The notes beneath the pieces are model-generated. The model had not been told where the DNA came from and did not search any database. It saw only the letters and a program-made list of their open reading frames with translations. 46,429 nt of DNA from Gemmatimonadota bacterium (GTDB lineage Bacteria > Gemmatimonadota > Gemmatimonadetes > Longimicrobiales > RSA9). Shown here in pieces: positions 30,108 to 39,586 of this stretch. The stretch's first letter is position 1. Each line of letters opens with the position of its first letter. The DNA is taken from contig JBBDRO010000033.1 of assembly GCA_040905425.1 (NCBI GenBank), forward strand, positions 1 to 46,429. Reading direction: 5' to 3'. The position numbers were made by a program, and so were the translations under genes.

Positions 30108-30623
30108 ATAACGACCGACAAGCGCACACGCGTGAACCGCCAGATCCGGATCAGCCCGGTCCGGGTCATCGCCGATGACGGCGAACAGCTCGGGATCCTG
30201 ACCATCGAGGATGCGTTGACCCGGGCCGAGGAGCTGGGTCTGGACCTCGTGGAGGTGGCGCCCACGGCGCGTCCTCCGGTGGTCCGCATCATGGACTACG
30301 GCAAGTTCAAGTACGAGGAAGCGCGCAAGGCCCGGCAGGCCAAGAAGAAGCAGCACCAGATCCAGGTCAAGGAGGTGAAGTTCCGGCCCGGGATCGAGCC
30401 CCACGACTTCGAGTTCAAGCTCCGGCACGCGCGGCGCTTCCTCGAGGAGGGCAACAAGGTGAAGGCCACCATGATGTTCCGCGGGCGCCAGATGGCGCGC
30501 CCGGAGCACGGGCGGGAGGTGCTCGCCAGGGTGGCGGAGGTGCTGGAGGACGTCGGCAAGGTGGAGGCCAATCCGTCCATGGAGGGCCGCACCATGACCA
30601 TGATCGTGGCGCCGCGGAAGTAA
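30108..30623 (+). CDS. infC: Translation initiation factor IF-3, probable non-canonical ATA start
   Basis: SD GGAGG 30098-30102 then in-frame ATA at 30108 ([14 protein letters not shown]); [29 protein letters not shown]. Confidence 0.95.
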   Translation: MTTDKRTRVNRQIRISPVRVIADDGEQLGILTIEDALTRAEELGLDLVEVAPTARPPVVRIMDYGKFKYEEARKARQAKKKQHQIQVKEVKFRPGIEPHDFEFKLRHARRFLEEGNKVKATMMFRGRQMARPEHGREVLARVAEVLEDVGKVEANPSMEGRTMTMIVAPRK

Positions 30624-30649
30624 GCGGCCGGTACATAGCTGGAGGAACG

Positions 30650-30847
30650 ATGCCCAAGATGAAGACGAACCGGAGCGCCGCGAAGCGCTTCAAGGTGACC
30701 GGTAAGGGGAAGGTCAAGCGTGGCCATGCGTACACCAGCCACATCCTCACCAAGAAGTCCCAGAAGCGGAAGCGCAAGCTCCGCAAGCCGGATCTGGTGC
30801 ATGCCGCGGACGAGCGGCGCATCAAGCGGCTGATCATGGGAGGCTGA
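30650..30847 (+). CDS. rpmI: 50S ribosomal protein L35
   Basis: [28 protein letters not shown]. Confidence 0.97.
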   Translation: MPKMKTNRSAAKRFKVTGKGKVKRGHAYTSHILTKKSQKRKRKLRKPDLVHAADERRIKRLIMGG

Positions 30848-30848
30848 C

Positions 30849-31211
30849 ATGGCAAGAGCTACCAACGCCGTTGCACGGCACAGGAAGCACAAGCGGTATC
30901 TGCGCGCCGCGCGTGGCTATTTCGGGGGCCGTTCCAAGCTGTGGCGGACCGCCAAGAGCGCCGTGGAGCGTGGCTGGGCGTATTCCTACCGGGACCGCAA
31001 GCAGCGCAAGCGTGACTTCCGCCGCCTGTGGATCACGCGCATCAACGCGGCGGTCCGCGAGCAGGACAGCGCCCTCAACTACTCCCGCTTCATGAACGGG
31101 CTGAAGCTGTCCGGCGTGGAGGTGAACCGGAAGGTCCTGGCGGACCTGGCGGTGCGGGATTCGGCCGCCTTCGGGGAGCTGGTCGAGAAGGCCAAGGCCT
31201 CCCTGCCGTAG
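30849..31211 (+). CDS. rplT: 50S ribosomal protein L20
   Basis: [41 protein letters not shown]. Confidence 0.97.
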   Translation: MARATNAVARHRKHKRYLRAARGYFGGRSKLWRTAKSAVERGWAYSYRDRKQRKRDFRRLWITRINAAVREQDSALNYSRFMNGLKLSGVEVNRKVLADLAVRDSAAFGELVEKAKASLP

Positions 31212-31264
31212 GCACGCCGGCAGCGGGCATGGCTCGCCGCCGGAGGACAGCGCGGTCCGGTACA

Positions 31265-31347
31265 CGCCGGCCGCCCCGGATGCCGCGCCGTTCAGAAGAC
31301 GGGGCGGCACGGCCGCCGCGAGCGGCCCCGGGGCGGCCGGCGGTTTT
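31265..31347 (+). other. Structured intergenic element (three-way junction plus short U-tract) between rplT and pheS
   Basis: Perfect 15-bp outer stem (31265-31279 / 31328-31342) enclosing two hairpins, followed by GTTTT. Confidence 0.55.
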
Positions 31348-31373
31348 ACATCCTCCCCCGAAGTGCGCACATT
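31345..31373 (+). promoter_or_regulatory. Putative pheS promoter
   Basis: TTTACA, 17 nt, CACATT. Confidence 0.4.
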
Positions 31374-31414
31374 GCGGGCGCCCGCGCACGGGGTCGTGAG
31401 CCCAGAGGAGATCC

Positions 31415-32443
31415 ATGGACGGCAGTATCGAGCAAAAACTGCAGGAGCTGGAGGCCGAGGCGCGGCAGGCCGTTCCGGCGGCAGCTGACGCGGCGGCACT
31501 CGAGGCGGTGCGCATCCGGCTGCTCGGCCGCAAGGAGGGCCGGCTCACGGCCATCATGCGCACCCTGGGTGAGCTGTCCGCCGCCGAGCGTCCCGCGGCG
31601 GGGCAGGCGGCCAACCGGGCCAAGGACGTCATCACCGGCCTGCTCGACGCGCGCGACGCGGAGCTGGCCGCGGCCACCGAGGACGGCCGCGAGGCGGTGG
31701 ATCTGACGCTGCCCGGCCGGACGCAGTGGCGCGGGGGGCGGCACCCCGTGACCCTGGTGGTGGACGAGATCTGCGCCATCTTCCGGACGCTGGGCTTCAG
31801 CCGGGTGCGGGGCCCGGAGGTGGAGACCGACTGGTACAACTTCACCGCGCTGAACACGCCGCTGGACCACCCGGCGGCCGACATGAGTGACACGTTCTAC
31901 CTGCCGGGCGGGCTCCTGCTGCGCAGCCACACCTCACCCGTGCAGGTGCGCACCATGCAGGCCCACGCGCCACCCATCCGCGTGGTGGCGCCGGGGATGG
32001 TCTACCGGCGCGATCCCTACGACGCCTCCCATGCCCCAGCCTTCGAGCAGATCGAGGGGCTGGCCGTGGACGAGGGCATCACCTTCGTGGACTTCAAGGC
32101 CACACTGGCCGAATTCGCCCGGCGCTTCTTCGGCGCCGACGCGGAGGTGCGCTTCCGGCCGTCGTTCTTTCCCTTCACGGAGCCCAGTGCCGAGGTGGAC
32201 GTGAGCTGCCTGCTCTGTGACCGGCAGGGGTGCAGCGCCTGCAAGGGCACGGGATGGATCGAGATCATGGGCGCAGGCATGGTGGACCCGGGTGTCTTCG
32301 AGCAGGTGGGCTACGACCCCGAGCGCTATACGGGGTTTGCCTTCGGCATGGGTCCGGCCCGCGTGGCCATGCTGCGCTACGGCATCCCCGACATCCGGCT
32401 CTTCTACGAGGGAGACGTGCGCTTCCTCCGGCAGTTCGCGTGA
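31415..32443 (+). CDS. pheS: Phenylalanine--tRNA ligase alpha subunit
   Basis: NFTALN, LLRSHTSPVQ, RPSFFPFTEPS, GFAFGMG; CxxC..CxxC insert. Confidence 0.97.
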   Translation: MDGSIEQKLQELEAEARQAVPAAADAAALEAVRIRLLGRKEGRLTAIMRTLGELSAAERPAAGQAANRAKDVITGLLDARDAELAAATEDGREAVDLTLPGRTQWRGGRHPVTLVVDEICAIFRTLGFSRVRGPEVETDWYNFTALNTPLDHPAADMSDTFYLPGGLLLRSHTSPVQVRTMQAHAPPIRVVAPGMVYRRDPYDASHAPAFEQIEGLAVDEGITFVDFKATLAEFARRFFGADAEVRFRPSFFPFTEPSAEVDVSCLLCDRQGCSACKGTGWIEIMGAGMVDPGVFEQVGYDPERYTGFAFGMGPARVAMLRYGIPDIRLFYEGDVRFLRQFA

Positions 32444-32450
32444 GGCGGCC

Positions 32451-34856
32451 ATGAACATCAGCGTGCGCTGGCTCAAGGAACTGGCCCCCGGCCTCAAGGG
32501 CACCCCGGAGGAGCTGTCCGACCGGCTGGCCATGTACGGCATTCCCGTGGACGAGAGCACCGATCTGGGCGCGCCGCTCGGGGACGTGCTCGTGGCCCGC
32601 GTGGTGGAGGTGGGCCGCCACCCCAACGCCGACCGGCTCTCACTGTGCGTGGTGGACGCCGGCGGCGCGGAGCCCGTGCAGGTGGTGTGCGGGGCGCCCA
32701 ACGTCCGCAGCGGCGCGTGGTATCCGTTCGCCCCCGTGGGCGCCACGCTGCCCGGCGGCGTCAAGCTGAAGAAGGTCAAGATTCGCGGGGAAGAGAGCCA
32801 GGGCATGCTGTGCAGCCCCAAGGAGCTGGGCCTGGGCCGCGACCACGCGGGCATCATGGAGCTGCACGGCGAGTACCGGCCCGGTGAGCCCTTCGTTGCG
32901 GCCCTCGGCCTGGACGATCACCGGCTGGTGCTGGACGTGACCCCCAACCGCGGGGATCTGCTGTCTCATCTGGGTGTGGCGCGCGAGCTGGGTCCGGTGG
33001 GGGAGGCCGGTCTGGAGATCCCGCCGCTGCCGGGCAGCGCGGGCACGCCGGCGCCCGGGTGGACGCGGGGTGAGGGCGCGGTTGAGGGAGCGGGCGTGCG
33101 CCTGGCGCTGGAAGACGCCGAGGGGTGCCCTCGTTACCTGGGACTCATCCTCCGGGGGGTGCGCGTCGGGCCGTCCCCGGAATGGCTGGCCGCGCGTCTG
33201 CGCGCCGTGGGCGCCCGCCCCATCAACAACGTGGTGGACGCCACGAATTACGTGCTGCTGGAGCTGGGGCAGCCCCTGCACGCCTTCGACCTGGACGCGC
33301 TGGGCGGCGCGGTGGTGGTGCGCCGCGCCCGGCCGGGCGAGCGGCTGACCACCCTGGACGCTCAGGACCGAGCGCTCACGGGGGCGGTGCTCGTGATCGC
33401 CGATGCCGAGCGTCCCGTGGCCCTGGCGGGGATCATGGGTGGCCAGGCCTCCGAGGTGACCGACGCGACCACGGACATCTTCCTGGAGTGCGCGCTCTTC
33501 GACCCGGCCCGTGTGCGGGAGGGCCGCCGCGTGCTCGGCATGTCCACGGATGCCAGCTACCGCTTCGAGCGCGGCGTGGACCCGGAGGGGCTCGAGCGCG
33601 CGGCGCTGCGCGCGGCCGAGCTGATCCAGGCCACGGCCGGCGGCACCGTGGATCCGGTGGCGCTGGATGCCCAGGGGGGCGTCTGGGAGCGGCCGGTCGT
33701 GCGCCTGCGGCGCGCCCGCGTTCGTCAGATTCTGGGCCAGGCGCTGGAGGACGAGGCGCTGGCGGGTTACCTGACGCCGCTCGGCTTCGACCTCACCCCC
33801 GTGCCAGATGGCTTCGACGTGCGCGTTCCCGGCGCCCGCAGCTACGACGTCACCCGTGAGATCGACCTGGTGGAGGAGATCGCGCGCCGCCACGGCTACG
33901 ACGCCTTTCCTTCCGTGCTGGGTCCGTACCGGCCCACGGCCGTGCCCGATGCCCCCCTCGAGGGGCTGGAGGATCGCCTGCGCACGCTGCTGGCCGGGCT
34001 GGGATACCTGGAGGCGCGCAGCGCCCCCTTCGCGCCCGAGGAGGATGGGGACGTGCCGCTGGCCAAGCCGCTGTCCGCGGCCGAGAGTCGGCTCCGGCGC
34101 GCGCTGGCGCCCGGCCTGCTGCACCGCGTGGAGGGCAACTTCGCGCGCGGCGAGCGCAACGTGCGTCTCTTCGAGCTCGGCACCGCTTTCCTGCCGGGCG
34201 GCGCCGACGGGCGGCCCCTGGAAGAGACACGGCTGGCCGCGGCGTGGACCGGTGATCGACATCCACCCCACTGGAGCGGGACCGCCGCCGCCTTCGATCT
34301 GTGGGACGTCCGGGGCGTGAGCGCGCGGGTGGCCGAAGCGCTGGGGCTATCGGTGGCCGCCGCGCCGGATGCCACCGAGGCGCCCGGCTGGCTGGAGGGA
34401 CGGCGAGCGTTCGTCCTGCACGCGACGGACGGGGCGGTGTGCGGTTGGGCCGGGGAGGTGCGCGCGACGGCCGTGGACGCGCCGGCCTGGGCCGGGACCG
34501 TGTGGGCCCTCGAGGTGCAGCTCACCGACGCCATGGCCGCGCCGCGCCCCGCCACGTACTGCCCGGTTCCCACCCAGCCGCCCGTGGAGCGCGATCTCGC
34601 GCTGCTGCTGCCCGACGGCGTCAGCGCCGCCGGCGCCGAGGAGGTGGTGCGGAGCGCCGCGGGGGAGCACCTCGAGGCGGTGGAGGTGTTCGACGTCTAC
34701 AGCGGGGAGGAGCTGCCCGCCGGGGCACGCAGCGTGGCGTACCGGTTGCGCTTCCGCGCGCCGACGCGCACGCTCACCGATGAGGAGGTCGATCGTGCCG
34801 TGGAGCGCGTGCTGAAGCGGCTCCGGGAGGAAGCCGGTGTCGAGCGAAGAGGATAG
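32451..34856 (+). CDS. pheT: Phenylalanine--tRNA ligase beta subunit
   Basis: HPNADRL, VVCGAPNV, SQGMLCS, TPNRGD, INNVVDATNY, ASYRFERGVD, DLVEEIAR, FDVYSG. Confidence 0.97.
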   Translation: MNISVRWLKELAPGLKGTPEELSDRLAMYGIPVDESTDLGAPLGDVLVARVVEVGRHPNADRLSLCVVDAGGAEPVQVVCGAPNVRSGAWYPFAPVGATLPGGVKLKKVKIRGEESQGMLCSPKELGLGRDHAGIMELHGEYRPGEPFVAALGLDDHRLVLDVTPNRGDLLSHLGVARELGPVGEAGLEIPPLPGSAGTPAPGWTRGEGAVEGAGVRLALEDAEGCPRYLGLILRGVRVGPSPEWLAARLRAVGARPINNVVDATNYVLLELGQPLHAFDLDALGGAVVVRRARPGERLTTLDAQDRALTGAVLVIADAERPVALAGIMGGQASEVTDATTDIFLECALFDPARVREGRRVLGMSTDASYRFERGVDPEGLERAALRAAELIQATAGGTVDPVALDAQGGVWERPVVRLRRARVRQILGQALEDEALAGYLTPLGFDLTPVPDGFDVRVPGARSYDVTREIDLVEEIARRHGYDAFPSVLGPYRPTAVPDAPLEGLEDRLRTLLAGLGYLEARSAPFAPEEDGDVPLAKPLSAAESRLRRALAPGLLHRVEGNFARGERNVRLFELGTAFLPGGADGRPLEETRLAAAWTGDRHPPHWSGTAAAFDLWDVRGVSARVAEALGLSVAAAPDATEAPGWLEGRRAFVLHATDGAVCGWAGEVRATAVDAPAWAGTVWALEVQLTDAMAAPRPATYCPVPTQPPVERDLALLLPDGVSAAGAEEVVRSAAGEHLEAVEVFDVYSGEELPAGARSVAYRLRFRAPTRTLTDEEVDRAVERVLKRLREEAGVERRG

Positions 34857-35172
34857 GGCCCCGCGCACGGGCGGCGCCGTCGGTCCGGCGGCCTCACCGC
34901 CCGGCTGGGATCGCCTCGAGGCCAGCGTGCGGCGTCTGCTGGACGCTTACGTGGACGCGCGCCGCCGCGCCGCGGCGGCCGAGGGGCGCGCGGCGGAGTT
35001 GCAGGGCAAGCTGGCCGACCTTTCCAGCGGCCGGGTGGATCCGCTGGCGCTGAGCGCTCGCGCCGACGAGATGGAGGCCGAGAACGCGCGGCTACGCCAG
35101 CGTCTGGAGCGTGCCGGCGCGGTGGTGGAGCGCATGAAGACGCGCGTCCAGCTGGCGGAGGACGAACGGTGA
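34837..35172 (+). CDS. Coiled-coil protein, ZapB-like
   Basis: Heptad-rich sequence (LEASVRRLL..EAENARLRQRL) located between pheT and zapA. Confidence 0.6.
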   Translation: MSSEEDRAPRTGGAVGPAASPPGWDRLEASVRRLLDAYVDARRRAAAAEGRAAELQGKLADLSSGRVDPLALSARADEMEAENARLRQRLERAGAVVERMKTRVQLAEDER

Positions 35173-35474
35173 AGGATTCCGAGAAGGCGGTGGTCACGGT
35201 CACCATTGCCGGTGACGAGTACACCATCCGGGCCGATGCCACGCCGGACCATACCCGGGAGTGTGCCGCCTACGTGGACCGCACGGTGCAGGAGATCCTG
35301 GCGCAGAGCGCCCTGGTGCAGCCGCAGAAGGCCGTCATCCTGGCTGCCCTGGCGCTGGCCGACCAGCTTCTGCGCACGCGCGCAGAGGCCCAAGCCGAGC
35401 GCCAGGGGATGGAGCGCCTCACCGTTCGGCTGGCCGATGACGTAGCGGCACGGCTGGCCGGGGACACGGACTAG
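35169..35474 (+). CDS. zapA: Cell division protein ZapA
   Basis: VTVTIAGDEYTI..AAYVD..AVILAALALAD pattern; pheT-zapA-rny context. Confidence 0.85.
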   Translation: MKDSEKAVVTVTIAGDEYTIRADATPDHTRECAAYVDRTVQEILAQSALVQPQKAVILAALALADQLLRTRAEAQAERQGMERLTVRLADDVAARLAGDTD

Positions 35475-35485
35475 CGCCCCGCAGG

Positions 35486-35515
35486 TTGCGTGGGCTTCCG
35501 CGCGCCCCCTAGTTT
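35486..35515 (+). promoter_or_regulatory. Putative rny promoter
   Basis: TTGCGT, 18 nt, TAGTTT. Confidence 0.4.
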
Positions 35516-35601
35516 CACGCCGGGCACGCGCGTGTACGTGGCGCCACGCCCGCTGTTGCCAAGCTGCCTACCCGGGGGTCCTGCCCCCTTCTGGAGAGAT
35601 C

Positions 35602-37173
35602 ATGGATGGGAATCTCCTGCTGATCGGCGCCATCTGCGCCGTCGGCGGCCTCCTGCTGGGCGTGCTCGGCGGGATCTTCGCCGAGCGCGCCCGCCTGAAG
35701 CGCCGCAAGGCCGACGCGGAAAGCCAAGCGGAGCGCATACGGGCCACGGCCGAGGAGGACGTGGACCGGATTCGCCGGGCCGCCGAACTGACGGGCAAGG
35801 AAGAAGCGCTGCGCGCCCGCGAGGAGTGGGAGCGGGAGGAGGGCCGGCGCCGCGAGGAGATGGAGCGGGCCGAGGCCCGCCTGGACGACCGCCGGGCGTC
35901 GCTGGACCGCAAGTACGACCTGCTGGACGAGAAGGAGAAGCACCTGGCGGAGAGGGAGGAGGCACTGGCCGGGCGGAGCCGCGAGCTGGACAAGAAGAAC
36001 GCCGAGTGTGAGCGCCTGGCGGGGGAGACCACCGCCCGCCTGGAAGCGCTGGCCGGGCTGACCCGGGAGGAGGCGCTCGAGCGCCTGACCACCTCCCTCC
36101 AGGACACGGCGCGCGCGCGGGCCGCTAATGACATCCGCGAGATCAAGGAGAGCGCGAAGCGGGACGCGGATCGTGAGGCGCGCAAGATCATCTCCCTGGC
36201 CATCCAGCGCATTGCCGCCGACCACACGGCCGAAAGCACCGTCTCCGTGGTGAGCCTGCCCTCCGACGAGATGAAGGGCCGCATCATAGGCCGCGAGGGG
36301 CGGAACATCCGCGCCTTCGAGCAGGCCACGGGCATCGACGTCATCATCGATGACACCCCCGAGGCCGTCATCCTCTCCGGCTTCGACCCCGTGCGCCGCG
36401 AGACGGCCCGTCTGGCCCTGGAGAAGCTGGTGGCCGACGGCCGCATCCACCCGGGCCGGATCGAAGAGGTGGTGGAGAAGAGCCGTACGGAGGTGGAGGA
36501 CTCCATGCTGCAGGCCGCCGAGGAGGCCTGCTACGAACTGGGCGTGCACGGCGTCCACGCCGAGATCATGAAGGTCCTGGGCCGGCTCAAGTTCCGCACG
36601 TCCTACGGGCAGAACCAGCTCCTGCACGCCAAGGAAGTGGCGCTCGTGGCCGGCAACATGGCCGCCGAGATGGGCCTGAACGCCACCATGGCCAAGCGCA
36701 TGGGCCTGCTGCACGACGTGGGCAAGGGCATGACCCACGAGCACGAGGGCACGCACGTGGAGCTGGGCTGGGAGCTGTGCAAGAAATACAACGAGCCCGA
36801 CGAGGTGCTGAACGCCATCAAGGCGCACCACGACGAGGAGCCGCACCGCTACGCGGAGTCCTTCCTGGTGACGGCGGCCGACGCCGTGAGCGGCGCACGG
36901 CCCGGTGCGCGGCGCGAGATGTTCGAGACCTACGTGAAGCGTCTCGAGAAGCTGGAGGAGATTGCCAGCAGCTTTGCCGGCGTGGAGCGCTGCTTTGCCA
37001 TCCAGGCCGGCCGGGAGGTGCGCGTGATGGTGAATCCGGAGAACGTGAATGACAGCGGCATGGCGGAGATGAGTGAGGAGATTGCCCGCCGGCTGGAGGA
37101 GGAGCTCCAGTATCCCGGGCAGATCAAGGTGGTGGTGATCCGCGAGACACGGGCGGTGGATTTCGCCCGCTGA
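35602..37173 (+). CDS. rny: Ribonuclease Y
   Basis: N-terminal TM, coiled coil, KH domain (MKGRIIGREGRNIR), HD domain (LLHDVGK), RPGARRE, YPGQIKVVVIRE. Confidence 0.97.
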   Translation: MDGNLLLIGAICAVGGLLLGVLGGIFAERARLKRRKADAESQAERIRATAEEDVDRIRRAAELTGKEEALRAREEWEREEGRRREEMERAEARLDDRRASLDRKYDLLDEKEKHLAEREEALAGRSRELDKKNAECERLAGETTARLEALAGLTREEALERLTTSLQDTARARAANDIREIKESAKRDADREARKIISLAIQRIAADHTAESTVSVVSLPSDEMKGRIIGREGRNIRAFEQATGIDVIIDDTPEAVILSGFDPVRRETARLALEKLVADGRIHPGRIEEVVEKSRTEVEDSMLQAAEEACYELGVHGVHAEIMKVLGRLKFRTSYGQNQLLHAKEVALVAGNMAAEMGLNATMAKRMGLLHDVGKGMTHEHEGTHVELGWELCKKYNEPDEVLNAIKAHHDEEPHRYAESFLVTAADAVSGARPGARREMFETYVKRLEKLEEIASSFAGVERCFAIQAGREVRVMVNPENVNDSGMAEMSEEIARRLEEELQYPGQIKVVVIRETRAVDFAR

Positions 37174-37213
37174 GCGGAGGCCGATGCCCTATTAGAATCA
37201 ACATGAGGTAGAG

Positions 37214-38116
37214 ATGGCTAAGATTATAAGTGGCAAGGATTTGAGTGACAGTATGCGGGACGAGATCGCGGCCGAGACCGCGGCGTTCCACAAGGAGACG
37301 GGTGTGACTCCGCAACTCACCGTGGTGCTCGTGGGAGAGGACCCGGCCAGCCAGGTCTACGTGCGCATGAAGGGCAAGGCGGCTGACAAACTGGGCTTCG
37401 GCTCCCGTCAGATCACGCTTCCGGCCGACACGCCGGAGGACGAACTGCTGGGCATCGTGGCGGGGCTGAACGCCGATCCCGACGTGCACGGCATCCTGGT
37501 GCAGCTGCCGCTCCCGGATCATATCGACGAGATGAAGGTGCTGCTGGCCGTGGATCCGGCCAAGGACGTGGACGGCTTCCATCCCATCAACGTGGGCCGC
37601 CTGGCCATCGGTGATCCCGACGTGCTGGCCCCGTGCACGCCCGCAGGAGTCATCGAGATGCTGCTGCGCTCGGGTTACGACACCGAGGGCAAGCGCGTCG
37701 TGGTGGTGGGGCGCTCCAACATCGTGGGTCGGCCCGTGGCGCTGCTGCTGCTGCGCACCACCCGCGGCGGCAACGCCACGGTGACCGTTGCCCACAGTCG
37801 CACCCGGGACTTGCCCTCCGTGACGCGCGAGGCGGACATCCTGGTGGCGGCCGTCGGTCGGGCCGAGCTCATCAAGCGGGACATGGTCAAGCCGGGCGCC
37901 GTGGTCATCGACGTGGGCGTGAACCGGGTGGACGATCCGGACACCGAGAAGGGTTATCGCCTGGTAGGGGACGTGGCGTTCGACGAGGTGAAGGAGGTGG
38001 CGGGCGCCATCTCCCCGGTGCCGGGGGGCGTGGGGCCCATGACCATCACCATGCTCATGCGCAACACGCTGGAGGCCGCCAAACGGCAGGCTGCCCAGGT
38101 GGCTACAGGGGCATGA
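37214..38116 (+). CDS. folD: Bifunctional methylenetetrahydrofolate dehydrogenase/cyclohydrolase
   Basis: GILVQLPLP, KDVDGFHP, PCTPAG, GRSNIVGRP, PVPGGVGPMT. Confidence 0.97.
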   Translation: MAKIISGKDLSDSMRDEIAAETAAFHKETGVTPQLTVVLVGEDPASQVYVRMKGKAADKLGFGSRQITLPADTPEDELLGIVAGLNADPDVHGILVQLPLPDHIDEMKVLLAVDPAKDVDGFHPINVGRLAIGDPDVLAPCTPAGVIEMLLRSGYDTEGKRVVVVGRSNIVGRPVALLLLRTTRGGNATVTVAHSRTRDLPSVTREADILVAAVGRAELIKRDMVKPGAVVIDVGVNRVDDPDTEKGYRLVGDVAFDEVKEVAGAISPVPGGVGPMTITMLMRNTLEAAKRQAAQVATGA

Positions 38117-39360
38117 GCCGCGATCGCTTCGACTTCACTGGTGAACCGCGGCGTCCGGCTCCTGCCCGGCGCCGCGCTTCGCATGCGGACCCGCTGGCCC
38201 CGCAGCCGGGACCCACCCCAGACGAGGCCTGCTCCGTCACCCAGCTGAACGCGCTGGTCAAGGCCACGCTCGAGGAGATGCTGCCGCCGCTGTGGGTGAG
38301 CGGCGAGGTGACGGGGTGGAAGCGCTATCGTGGCTCGGGCCATTGCTACTTCGCGCTGCGGGATGAGCTGGCCCAGGTGCGGGCGGTGATGTTCCGTTCG
38401 GATGCCGGCCGCCTGCCCACCGATCCCGAGGAGGGGATGCGCGTACGGGTGCTCGCCGCTGCCACCCTCTACGAGCGCCGCGGCGATTTCCAGCTCGTGG
38501 TCCGCCAGCTCGAGGCCGAGGGGGGCGATGGGCTGTGGCGGCTGGCCTTCGAGCGCCTGCGCGGCAAGCTGGATGCGGAGGGACTGCTGGCGCCGGAGCG
38601 GAAGCGCGCCCTGCCGGCGCACCCGGTCTGCGTGGGCGTGGTCACCTCACCCGTGGGCGCGGCGCTGCAGGACATCCTCAACATCCTGGCCCGGCGCGCT
38701 CCCTGGACGCGCGTGGTGCTCTCGCCGGCCCGGGTGCAGGGGGACGGCGCGGCCGCGGAGGTGGCGGCCGCCCTGGGCCGGCTGGACGCCGCGGGCGTGG
38801 CGGACGTCATCATCGTGGGCCGCGGCGGCGGCAGCATGGAGGATCTGTGGGCCTTCAACGAAGAGCCGGTCGCCCGCGCCATCGCGGCTTGCACGGTGCC
38901 GGTGATCAGCGCCGTGGGGCACGAGACCGACGTCACGATCGCGGACCTGGTGGCGGATCTGCGTGCCCCCACGCCCTCCGCGGCGGCCGAGTACGCCGTG
39001 CCCGACGGTGCGGAGCTGCGCCGCGGATTGCGGCTCACCGAGGAGCGGCTGCGCGGCGCGCTGGTGAGCACGGTGGCCGCCGCCCGTGAGCAGGTGGAGG
39101 GATGGAACGTGGCGCTGGAGGACGCCGTCCAGTACCGGCTGGAGGCTGCGCGGGAGCGCCTGAAAGGATCGGCCGCACTGCTCGAGGCGCTCTCGCCGCT
39201 GGCCGCGCTCGGGCGGGGCTACGCCGTGCCGCGGGGCAGGGATGGCCGGGTCCTGCGCTCGGCCGCTGATTTCGCGCCCGGCATGCCCTTCCAGCTGCGC
39301 GTGCGGGACGGTGAGCTGCCGTGCGTGCGCACCGAGGAGGAAAGTCATGGCACGTCCTAG
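38113..39360 (+). CDS. xseA: Exodeoxyribonuclease VII large subunit
   Basis: WVSGEV, GHCYFALRD, GVVTS, RGGGSMEDLWAFNEE, SAVGHETD, RAPTPSAAAE, LGRGYA. Confidence 0.95.
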   Translation: MSRDRFDFTGEPRRPAPARRRASHADPLAPQPGPTPDEACSVTQLNALVKATLEEMLPPLWVSGEVTGWKRYRGSGHCYFALRDELAQVRAVMFRSDAGRLPTDPEEGMRVRVLAAATLYERRGDFQLVVRQLEAEGGDGLWRLAFERLRGKLDAEGLLAPERKRALPAHPVCVGVVTSPVGAALQDILNILARRAPWTRVVLSPARVQGDGAAAEVAAALGRLDAAGVADVIIVGRGGGSMEDLWAFNEEPVARAIAACTVPVISAVGHETDVTIADLVADLRAPTPSAAAEYAVPDGAELRRGLRLTEERLRGALVSTVAAAREQVEGWNVALEDAVQYRLEAARERLKGSAALLEALSPLAALGRGYAVPRGRDGRVLRSAADFAPGMPFQLRVRDGELPCVRTEEESHGTS

Positions 39361-39586
39361 CAAGCGGACGAAATCCGGCGGCGAGCGCCTGGAGCCGCGC
39401 CTGCGCCGGCTGGACGAGATCGTGGCGGGGCTGGAACGCGAGGATCTGGAACTCGAGGACGCGCTGGCCCTCTTCGAGGAGGGGGTGGGGCACATCCGCG
39501 CCGCCCGCGAGGTGCTGGAGCGGGCCACGCAGCGTGTGGATCAGCTCCTGGAGATTGCGGCAAGCGACGAGGGCGCCGCGCCGTGA
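39347..39586 (+). CDS. xseB: Exodeoxyribonuclease VII small subunit
   Basis: LDEIVAGLE..LEDALALFEEG; SD GAGGAGG. Confidence 0.88.
   Translation: MARPSKRTKSGGERLEPRLRRLDEIVAGLEREDLELEDALALFEEGVGHIRAAREVLERATQRVDQLLEIAASDEGAAP

Noticed and set aside
31212..31414. pheM-like Phe leader peptide or T-box upstream of pheS
   Set aside because: No short ORF with clustered Phe codons and no T-box AAGGTGGAACC-like motif.
35475..35601. 6S RNA (ssrS), often found after zapA
   Set aside because: The spacer is only ~127 nt, includes a promoter-like sequence and lacks the long rod with a central bubble.
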